DNA of 24,000 nucleotides from Dyadobacter sediminis. Lineage in GTDB: Bacteria > Bacteroidota > Bacteroidia > Cytophagales > Spirosomataceae. Below the pieces are notes generated by a model that saw only the letters and a list, made by a program, of their open reading frames with translations, had not been told where the DNA came from and searched no databases. The translations under genes were made by a program, and so were the position numbers. The stretch is from assembly GCF_005860765.1 (NCBI RefSeq), contig NZ_VCEI01000011.1, positions 1,193,819-1,217,818 on the forward strand, read 5' to 3'. Positions 14,805 through 22,540 of this stretch are shown here, one piece after another; within the stretch, counting starts at the first letter, position 1, and every line of letters starts with the position of its first letter.

Positions 14805-15590
14805 GGCTAGATTTATTTTGCCCCCTAGAAGCATCCTGTCAATTAAAAAAGGGAATCCCGGCCGGGGTTTATTATTTCCAATTACACATTTCATTTCCTA
14901 GAAACAGGAAACCGCTCTGCGGTTATGCTCCGCTCCGGAAGAGCTCCCTGTTTGTAGCAAATTGCGTGAGACGTTATTTTGCTCCGCAGGAGCATCCTGT
15001 CAATTGAAAAAGGAAACCCCGGCCGGGGTTTATTATTTACAATTACACATTTCATTTCCTAGAAACAGGAAACCGCTCTGCGGTTATTAGCAGCTCCGCA
15101 GGAGCTCCCTGTTTGTAGCAAATTGCATAAGACGTTATTTTGCTCCGCAGGAGCATCCTGTCAATTGAAAAAGGAAATCCCGGTTGGGGTTTATTATTTC
15201 CAATTACACATTTCATTTTCTAGAAACAGGAAACCGCTCTGCGGTTATGCTCCGCTCCGGAGGAGCTCCCTGTTTGTAGCAAATTGCATAAGACGTTATT
15301 TTGCTCCGCAGGAGCATCCTGTCAATTGAAAAAGGGAACCCCAGCCGGGGTTTGCAATTTGCAATTTCAACTTTTTCTATAAAAAGGAAACCGCTCTGCG
15401 GTTATGCTCCACTCCGGAGGAGCTCCCTGTTTGTAGCAAATTGCATGAGACGTTGATTTTGCTCCGCAGAAGCATCCTGTCAATTGAAAAAGGGAACCCC
15501 GGCCGGGGTTAGCAATTTACAATTTCAACTTTTTCTATAAACAGGAAACCGCTCTGCGGTTATTAGCAGTTCCCGTAAAGCTGCTAGCTA
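14805..15590 (+). repeat. Tandem array (about 4.8 units, period 158-161 bp) of the same multi-hairpin extragenic repeat family, locus 2
   Basis: GCATCCTGTCAATT recurs at 14831, 14992, 15153, 15314 and 15472. Example unit:
- GCTCC-GCA-GGAGC at 14981-14993.
- Perfect 18-nt palindrome AAACCCCGGCCGGGGTTT at 15014-15031.
- Composite hairpin at 15059-15118: CTAGAAACAGG...CCTGTTTGTAG enclosing AACCGC-TCT-GCGGTT (15071-85) and AGCTCC-GCA-GGAGCT (15092-106).
Orientation and core sequences match the 258-780 array. Track ORFs 14801..15007 and 15123..15329 are repeat translations. Confidence 0.9.
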
Positions 15591-15762
15591 TAAGCCTTTA
15601 TTTACCAACTATTTAGCTAATTGCCTCTATCCAATCACTAACAACAAAAGACTAAAATGGCCAAGTTAAAGACCAGTAAAAACGAACAAAAAATGACCGA
15701 AAATCATTGATTATAACGAATAACAACCAATGACTGAAAGCCAGCAGCTAAAAGCTAACAGC

Positions 15763-18546
15763 TTATTTCAACGATTTGATAAACAATGTAACGGATTCAA
15801 TGTCGGAATCAGACAATATGCCGACGAACGAAGGCATTTCTTCATTGTAACCTTTCACGATTTTTTTGCCCGGAGTCAGAATGGATTCACGGATGTACTT
15901 TTCATCTGCAATGGCTGTTGTGCCGTCCTCAAAATGCCTTTCCGATTTGTACAGATGCTGAAAAGGCGGACCGTACATACCGTCCGTTTTCAGTCCTTCC
16001 GAATGACAGCCGGAACATGCCATTTTCTGGAACAATGCTTTTCCTCTTGCTGCCGAAACGGCCTCTTCTTTTTCTGCCTCAGCCGGCTCTTCCTGTTTTT
16101 TTACCGCAAGCAGCGCCAGATCCACATGCTGAAATCCAAAATCCTTTGCATTCAGTTCAGACATATTGTTTACAGTAAACCAGAAACTGTCGTGCATTTT
16201 CTTGCCGTCTTTGGCTTTTAGCCGGTAAGCAACGTCCATTTGCATGATTTCGGTCATATCCGGCACAAGCAGCAGTATTTTCTTGCGGTCGGCTGACAAA
16301 TAGGAGGCTGCAACCGTCATCGTCTCTTCCCCCGAACTGCCGTTTGTTTTAAAATGTCCTGATCCATACTCTTCCGTACGCTGGTAATTCCATCTTTTCA
16401 CATCAAAATTGGAAAGGTCCACAGCATTTTTGTCATCTAGTTCGGTATCAAAACCGAGAACAATTCCCTGCTTCACAGCCCGGAACTCGTTAGGCATGTA
16501 ACTTGGCTTTCCTGTATAACGTAGCCTCAGCAATGCACTGATGCCGTTGGAACTGGAACCCCAGAGATTGAAACCGGCAATATACAACTGACCATCAGCC
16601 GGATTGATTGCCCCTTTGGATGTCGGGGCCGGATAATCGGCATGAATAACAGCGACGCCGCCCTGAATCACACGGGAAGAACTGTCGATCAAAACCCTGA
16701 ACAATCCTGGCCGTCCGAATGAAAAATGGATCAGGCTGCCGTTCAGCGGCCCCATTTTATTTCCCGTAATCCACGCCTGCCCGAGACTCGAACGATCCAC
16801 ACTATGCGGAATCCAGGTCAGCGGCGGCGCAACTTCGGGATTATCCTTGCGGTGCATAGTGGGTTCCACACCATAATAATCGCCTTTTTTGATCCAGAAA
16901 ATCGGAGATGAAGGCACAAAGTTACCCTGCTGGTCGGTAGCCGTTAAAATTCCTTTTTCGGGATGTATTCCAAGGTAAGGACCCCGGAAGCCGGTTGCAA
17001 TGACTTCAAACTGCTTTCCGTCCGGCGAAATACGCAGTACGGTTCCATTCTGCTGCGAGCCTGCACGAAAGCCTTTTCCGGCCTTGTCAGTCATGCCCGG
17101 ACCGTTGTCCAGGCTACCGCCTTTGGCAATGTAAAAGCTTTTGTCAGGCGCATAAACCATATCTGCAGCCCATTCCCTCGACTCGGGCGATTGCTCCATC
17201 ACGTTGGAGAAATTCTCATAAAAATCGGCTTCACCGTCTTTGTTCAGGTCATGCAGTCGAACGATTCCTTCCCTTCCGAAAACATAGATCGTATCTCTAA
17301 TTACCTCCACGCTCATCGGCTCGTGCAGTCCGGAGGCAAACCTGCGCCATTTGATATCCTGAAGATCGCGGTTAATCCCTTCAATCGTCCACACGTCCCC
17401 TTCAAACGTTACGGCAGCGGCCCGGCCGTTACCGAAAAAAGCGATATCCGCAACCCGGACGTTTCTTTTCCAACGGTTTGGGAGCGGCAATGCAAGCTGG
17501 TCTGTTACGAATGCAGCCGTATCCGGAGCCAATTTTCCTTTCGTTACAGCAGCCTCGCCCCAATGCGCTGCTCCGCCTTTTCTGAATTCGGGCAGGTTTA
17601 TACGTGTTTTAACACACCATTTTTCAAAAGCAGCCAGCTGACTTGCGGGTCCTTTCCAGATGGCCAGGGAAGCTTCCGGTTTTTTATCCGAAGCAACGCG
17701 GACGGTCAGGTAACGATCAGCCGTCACCTCGGGTGTGAGCATGGAATGACCTTTCCCCAGAACCCCGATTGCCGTAACCGAATCTTTGCCGGAGCCGTGA
17801 TAAACGTAAGCCACGCCCCCTTTTGTCGCACCGGAATTTCCGTTCACAACCTCGGCAGCAGTCAGGTAAAGATCATTTTTCACATTACTTATGCGGAAAG
17901 CCCTCGTAAAAACCGTCTGATCTGAAAACTTTTCGCTGCCCGGCATTTCGTACACTTCCGCATTTCCGACGGTATAATGAAGTACAGCTTTGTTTCCATA
18001 AACAAAAACCCCGCTCCATCTGCCTTTTTCCGCCGGCATCGCTTTCCAGAGTGGCTGAGTTTTAGTGCCTGATGCTGCAATTCTGCCGGTAAAATCCGGC
18101 TTGCCGGTTGTCCAGCCGGGATACGAACCCGTTGCGATTGCAGGGTTGCCGGTTACAGTCGGGATCTGGTTATTTTTGTTGAAAAAATCCTTGTATGAAA
18201 TCTGCGCCATCAGAACCATCGGCAGGAACTTGCCCGTCCATGCTACAGACCATCTTAACAGATCGGTATCAAAACAGACATAAGCGCTGTCGCCCAGCGT
18301 CAATGCAAGCGTTCTGGCTGCGATGTTATCGTCCGGAAAATGCGTCCCGAGTTTTCTTGCATCCATGGAAGTCGAAATGAAAGGAAAACCGGGTTCTGAA
18401 AACGAGTTCAGTTCAAGGGTATCAGCCGCACCGAAACTGCCGTTTTTGCAACCCGTGTAACCAAACAGAAATACCGAAGCCAGAAACAGCATTCCGAGCC
18501 AGATAATACCCAGATTTTTGTAGTTGCTTTTAAAATAGGAAAACAT
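15763..18546 (-). CDS. Large exported protein with putative membrane-bound-dehydrogenase/beta-propeller-like region and C-terminal c-type cytochrome domain
   Basis: 927-aa ORF. N-terminal hydrophobic anchor or signal (LGIIWLGMLFLASVFLFGYTGC). Central motif HDLNKDGEADFYENF, as in the PVC/Bacteroidota putative dehydrogenase domain family. C-terminal heme-binding CxxCH (FQKMACSGCHSEG) with a downstream Met-Pro (EEMPSF). Confidence 0.8.
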   Translation of the reverse strand: MFSYFKSNYKNLGIIWLGMLFLASVFLFGYTGCKNGSFGAADTLELNSFSEPGFPFISTSMDARKLGTHFPDDNIAARTLALTLGDSAYVCFDTDLLRWSVAWTGKFLPMVLMAQISYKDFFNKNNQIPTVTGNPAIATGSYPGWTTGKPDFTGRIAASGTKTQPLWKAMPAEKGRWSGVFVYGNKAVLHYTVGNAEVYEMPGSEKFSDQTVFTRAFRISNVKNDLYLTAAEVVNGNSGATKGGVAYVYHGSGKDSVTAIGVLGKGHSMLTPEVTADRYLTVRVASDKKPEASLAIWKGPASQLAAFEKWCVKTRINLPEFRKGGAAHWGEAAVTKGKLAPDTAAFVTDQLALPLPNRWKRNVRVADIAFFGNGRAAAVTFEGDVWTIEGINRDLQDIKWRRFASGLHEPMSVEVIRDTIYVFGREGIVRLHDLNKDGEADFYENFSNVMEQSPESREWAADMVYAPDKSFYIAKGGSLDNGPGMTDKAGKGFRAGSQQNGTVLRISPDGKQFEVIATGFRGPYLGIHPEKGILTATDQQGNFVPSSPIFWIKKGDYYGVEPTMHRKDNPEVAPPLTWIPHSVDRSSLGQAWITGNKMGPLNGSLIHFSFGRPGLFRVLIDSSSRVIQGGVAVIHADYPAPTSKGAINPADGQLYIAGFNLWGSSSNGISALLRLRYTGKPSYMPNEFRAVKQGIVLGFDTELDDKNAVDLSNFDVKRWNYQRTEEYGSGHFKTNGSSGEETMTVAASYLSADRKKILLLVPDMTEIMQMDVAYRLKAKDGKKMHDSFWFTVNNMSELNAKDFGFQHVDLALLAVKKQEEPAEAEKEEAVSAARGKALFQKMACSGCHSEGLKTDGMYGPPFQHLYKSERHFEDGTTAIADEKYIRESILTPGKKIVKGYNEEMPSFVGILSDSDIESVTLFIKSLK

Positions 18547-18707
18547 ATTGTTATGAGGAATTTAGGAATAAGCTTAAAAGTCCGGAACGCTTTGGTTCTT
18601 ACTGGAAAGCCCTGCCAAAATACTATTTAAATAGCAAATGCCACTGCATCCGCACGGCAAAATCCGGTTCGCATCTTCAACGATTTTTAAAAACAGGCAC
18701 TAACCGG

Positions 18708-18715
18708 TATATTTG
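18708..18715 (+). promoter_or_regulatory. Bacteroidota-type -7 promoter box upstream of the purine permease
   Basis: TATATTTG is an exact match to the TAnnTTTG consensus and ends 16 nt upstream of the ATG at 18732. No clear -33 TTTG element was seen. Confidence 0.35.
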
Positions 18716-18731
18716 GAAGAAACCCGCTGCT

Positions 18732-20030
18732 ATGTTCTCCTTTTTTGAACTGAAGAAAAATAATATTTCACTTTCTACAGAAATCCTGGCGGGCGTATCG
18801 TCATTTCTGGCAACAGCTTATATCATCGTTGTCAATCCGTCCATTTTAAGTCAGACCGGCATGCCGTTTTCGGCTGTTCTTACGGCAACGGTACTGGTTT
18901 CATTTTTCAGCAGCCTGATGATGGGCATTTATGCGAACAATCCCATACTGGTTGCACCCGGAATGGGGCTCAATGCATTTTTCACTTTTACAGCGGTATT
19001 TGCTGAAAAACTGAGCTGGCAGGTTGCGCTGGGAACCGTTTTCTGGTCAGGTGTTTTCTTTCTGCTTCTGTCTGTTTTCAATATCCGGTCCTACATTGTA
19101 AAAGCCATTCCCAAGGCACTCCGGTTTGCAATAGCTGCCGGAATCGGGTTGTTTATTACACTCATCGGTTTTGCAAATGCCCGATTTATCGTTGCCAATC
19201 CGGCCACGATGATCAGCCTCGGCAACCTGAATGCTTCCACGCTTACGTTTATCGCCGGCTTGCTCCTGACCGTTGTTTTACTGATCCGAAAAGTAAAAGG
19301 CAGCATTCTGATCGGGATTGTGCTTACGAGCCTGCTCGCATGGCCGATCGGCAGATGGTGGGGCGGCCCGGAAACGGTTGTTACGATCGGTCAGATTGTT
19401 TCCAAACCGGATTTCAGCCTGTTGTTTCAGCTGGATATTGTTAATTCACTTCAATGGAGCCTGGCACCGATTATACTGGCATTTGTATTCACCGATATGT
19501 TCGACAGCCTTTCCACTTTCGTCGGACTGGCAGAAGCGGCCGATCTGCTGGATGAAAACGGAGAACCGCGCAATCTGCAGAAGTCACTGATTGTGGATGC
19601 ATTTTCCACAACCGTCGCCGGATTGGTGGGCAGCAGTCCGGGTACCGCTTACATCGAGTCCGCGGTAGGAATAGAACAAGGCGGAAAAACCGGCCTCACA
19701 GCCGTTACAGGTGCTTTTCTCTTTCTTCCGTTTCTGTTTTTATCGCCTCTGATCAGCGCGGTTCCTGCCATTGCAACGGCACCGGCTCTGGTTCTGGTCG
19801 GTGTGTTTATGATGAAACCGGTTGTCAAAATAAACTGGAACCAGTTGGAAGAAGCGTTTCCTGCTTTTATAGCCATGGTGCTTATTCCTTTTACTTATTC
19901 CATCACACAAGGCATCATATGGGGATTTCTGAGCTGGACGGCGCTGCATATTGCAACCGGAAAAATCAGGGAAATCAGCCTTGCTTTGTGGATTATTAAC
20001 GTATTTGCGGTTCTCGCACTCCTTTTTTAA
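18732..20030 (+). CDS. NCS2/AzgA-family purine (adenine/guanine/hypoxanthine) permease
   Basis: 432-aa polytopic ORF. The N-terminus FFELKKNNISLSTEILAGVSSFLATAYIIVVNPSILSQTGMPF and ...GSSPGTAYIESAVGIEQGGKTGLTA... are characteristic of AzgA/PurP-type permeases. Confidence 0.88.
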   Translation: MFSFFELKKNNISLSTEILAGVSSFLATAYIIVVNPSILSQTGMPFSAVLTATVLVSFFSSLMMGIYANNPILVAPGMGLNAFFTFTAVFAEKLSWQVALGTVFWSGVFFLLLSVFNIRSYIVKAIPKALRFAIAAGIGLFITLIGFANARFIVANPATMISLGNLNASTLTFIAGLLLTVVLLIRKVKGSILIGIVLTSLLAWPIGRWWGGPETVVTIGQIVSKPDFSLLFQLDIVNSLQWSLAPIILAFVFTDMFDSLSTFVGLAEAADLLDENGEPRNLQKSLIVDAFSTTVAGLVGSSPGTAYIESAVGIEQGGKTGLTAVTGAFLFLPFLFLSPLISAVPAIATAPALVLVGVFMMKPVVKINWNQLEEAFPAFIAMVLIPFTYSITQGIIWGFLSWTALHIATGKIREISLALWIINVFAVLALLF

Positions 20031-20037
20031 ACCAACA

Positions 20038-20844
20038 ATGAAAAAGAATTTACTGCTTGTTTTGTTTTTTATCAGCACTTCCATTCTTCACGCTCAGGAT
20101 ATTACAGGCATACTCGGTGCTTTTCCGCCTGAACTCGTTCTGCTGGAAAGTAAAATGGAACATAAAAAAGACACGCTGATCGGACAAATGCGGTTTATAA
20201 AGGGCATTTTGAACGGCAAATCCGTCGTACTCGCGCAAACCGGAATCGGGAAAGTGAATGCAGCCATTGCTACCACGCTGATGCTGGAACATTTCAGGCC
20301 GAGAGAAATTGTTTTTTCAGGCATTGCCGGCGGCATTGATCCTGCACTTTTTCCGGGAGATATCGTAATCGGAACGCAGGTTACCTACCACGACTACGGT
20401 GCGATTGAAGATGGCGGCATGCAGTACACTCCTACCCGAAATCCTTTTAATATGGAAGCCAATCCGGTTGTTTTCAGCTGTGATTCAATGCTGGTCCAAA
20501 AAGCAGTTGCTGTTTCCCGTAACCTGGTTTTCACCAAGATAAAAAGGGAGAACGGTAGTTTTTCACCGTCTGTAAAGAAAGGAGTTATTGTTACCGGCGA
20601 TGTATTTGTATCATCTGCCACAGCCACGCAGCGGTTACGGAAAGACCTGAATGCAGCAGCCACCGAGATGGAAGGCGCCGCCATCGCACAAACCTGTTTT
20701 CAGCAGCACACGCCTTTTCTGATTATCCGCAGCCTGAGCGACAATGCCAATGACAAAGCCAGAAACGATATGCAGGCGTTTTACAAGATTGCTGCTGAAA
20801 ATGCCGCTACGCTGGTGATGGCCGTCGTGGGAAATCTTAAGTAA
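20038..20844 (+). CDS. mtnN: 5'-methylthioadenosine/S-adenosylhomocysteine nucleosidase with an N-terminal signal peptide
   Basis: The track ORF 19951..20844 overlaps the permease. The real start is probably ATG at 20038 (MKKNLLLVLFFISTSILHAQ, signal peptide), 7 nt after the permease stop. PNP/UDP-1 family patterns: GILGAFPPE, VLAQTGIGKVNAA, FSGIAGG, TGDVFV and ATEMEGAAIAQ. Confidence 0.85.
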   Translation: MKKNLLLVLFFISTSILHAQDITGILGAFPPELVLLESKMEHKKDTLIGQMRFIKGILNGKSVVLAQTGIGKVNAAIATTLMLEHFRPREIVFSGIAGGIDPALFPGDIVIGTQVTYHDYGAIEDGGMQYTPTRNPFNMEANPVVFSCDSMLVQKAVAVSRNLVFTKIKRENGSFSPSVKKGVIVTGDVFVSSATATQRLRKDLNAAATEMEGAAIAQTCFQQHTPFLIIRSLSDNANDKARNDMQAFYKIAAENAATLVMAVVGNLK

Positions 20845-20852
20845 AGCTGCAC

Positions 20853-21275
20853 TCAATTGCGGTAATTATTTCTGTAAAACGTTTTGATCAGATCAATCAC
20901 AACATTCTGGTTTTGCAAATCTCCGGCATACGGGTTTTTTACAATCGGCTCAATTTCCTTAATATGGCTGAATTCCCTGGCCGTCATGGTGCTGTAACCC
21001 ATCGACCACTTTTCGAATGACCGTCTCGGTATATTTTGCATATACAACGGAATAACCTGCGTGTGCCTGCGGTCGCGGCTGATGACGTTGTAAAGGGATC
21101 TGACCTTTTCTTCGTCTCCTTCCAGCACCTGAATGATGCTTCCGTTAAAATAAAGGAGTACGCCGGTAATATTGTCCGAAGCGTTTTTAGTCCGGCTTTT
21201 TTGTAAAATCGTTAACAGTTCTTCCTGAGAAAGCAAGTCTGTTGATGAACTGAGATATACGATGCAATAATCCAT
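20853..21275 (-). CDS. Short BLUF-domain blue-light photoreceptor protein
   Basis: 140-aa ORF. BLUF pattern with the conserved Tyr (CIVYLSS), ITGVLLYFNGSIIQVLEG (conserved Gln), DRRH and FEKWSMGY (Trp/Met). Confidence 0.85.
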   Translation of the reverse strand: MDYCIVYLSSSTDLLSQEELLTILQKSRTKNASDNITGVLLYFNGSIIQVLEGDEEKVRSLYNVISRDRRHTQVIPLYMQNIPRRSFEKWSMGYSTMTAREFSHIKEIEPIVKNPYAGDLQNQNVVIDLIKTFYRNNYRN

Positions 21276-21848
21276 TATGACGACTGTTTGTTGCGAAATC
21301 CGATAAAAAAGTCAGTGCAAGCTATTAACAAATAAGTAGAAGAACTTCTAAAACCCTATTTATATTTTCGAACTGACAATCCATTCCAAAGAACAGAAAT
21401 ATACGTAACTATTATGTTGTCCGATAAAAATCAATGAATTTCGGTGACCGGAATACCGTCTTAACCTGTAATCGAACAATGATTTTGAATAAGAACGGTG
21501 AAAATAGGCCGGACATGTTCGGAACAAACTTCTAAAATAATCATGCTTGCGATTCCATTCAGCTAAATTACCTTTTTCTGATAAGGAAAATTGATTTTTC
21601 AAGGCTTATGAGATGGTTTGTACTGCAATTCTGAACTTGTTTTGGACAGCTAAAATAATTCATTTGATTACCACAATAAATCGCAAAAATTAGAAATTAA
21701 TTCTAATCAATTGTAGTATAATTAATTCTTATCAATTAAATTTCGGATGGCTTGGGTTTATTCCGTTGTTTTTCAATTCTGTGAATGATCTCTGAATGAT
21801 TGAAGGACATGGAAATGCCTGATTCATAATTTTAGGTAGTATTATATA

Positions 21849-21885
21849 AAGGAAGTTCTCCATGAGGGCTTCCTTTCTGTTTCTG
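21849..21885 (+). terminator. Orphan terminator-like or attenuator-like hairpin with a T-rich tail
   Basis: AAGGAAG (21849-55) pairs with CTTCCTT (21869-75). The stem extends through T.G wobbles and CTC/GAG to about 12 bp with a 3-nt loop, then TCTGTTTCTG follows. The wobble pairs work only in a plus-strand transcript. There is no plus-strand CDS upstream, and the next plus-strand ORF starts 83-125 nt downstream. Confidence 0.3.
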
Positions 21886-21967
21886 TCGGGAAGTACGCAC
21901 TGATGATCAGAAAAGTACAGAAGTTTTCTGTTGTTTGTAAATAAAGAGGAATGTCGCCGTAACTGGT

Positions 21968-22309
21968 ATGATTTTTCAGCAACGAACTGTAAATAGGCAC
22001 TCTTTGATTATGAATTCTGCAGAACAAAAAGATTTTGAATATGTTACACCTACCGACGAGGAAATCAACGATACGGTTGCAGCGATCAGTGAAATACTTT
22101 CCTCAACCGATACATTTCAGTCCGAAAACAAGGATTTGCACGAAGGCTACGAAGAAGCAATACGACTGCTGACTTCCCGGAAAAACAGTTATGACGAAAT
22201 CAACCCGGCCCTGGCAAGTACAAAGGGAAAAGCGGTTGCCGTACTGGCGGTCAAATACCTGAACGGCGAATGCAGCAAAGCAGTTTTAACGGGCTTGTCT
22301 GTCAAATAA
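21968..22309 (+). CDS. Hypothetical small acidic protein
   Basis: 113-aa ORF with an alternative start at 22010 (MNSAEQKDFEY...). No recognisable family. Supported only by ORF length, plausible composition and the absence of a competing gene. Confidence 0.35.
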   Translation: MIFQQRTVNRHSLIMNSAEQKDFEYVTPTDEEINDTVAAISEILSSTDTFQSENKDLHEGYEEAIRLLTSRKNSYDEINPALASTKGKAVAVLAVKYLNGECSKAVLTGLSVK

Positions 22310-22540
22310 CCGCTTGTTGCTGTCTTCTGTTTCGAATTAACCATTATGTTTCCATTGTAAAATACACTTTCATGACAGAAAGTATAAATAATTTGCTTTT
22401 ATTGAAGTGATTAATGAGCTGCATTTGGCAGTTCGGGCTGAAAACCGGCATCCGGAGTCGATCATATGGCATTGATTTGATAGCAAAATAAACCCGAAGT
22501 TAATCAGCTAATGTAAAAAGCAACCTTTATTCCATTCCAT

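Noticed and set aside
14805-15590. CRISPR array (regularly spaced repeats), also considered for 258-780
   Set aside because: The whole 156-168 bp unit is conserved between copies, so there are no unique spacers. The period is far longer than a CRISPR repeat plus spacer. No cas genes are in the window.
258-15590. A repeat-flanked mobile genomic island or composite transposon
   Set aside because: There is no integrase, transposase, recombinase or tRNA attachment site in the window. The flanks are multi-copy tandem arrays rather than IS elements. The idea is kept only as a recombination hypothesis, not as a mobile-element call.
18547-18731. A purine riboswitch upstream of the purine permease, and the 12-nt palindrome CTATTTAAATAG (18623-18634) as an operator
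   Set aside because: No three-way-junction purine-riboswitch core sequence is visible. The palindrome is short and almost entirely A/T, and several perfect 12-nt palindromes are expected by chance in 24 kb.
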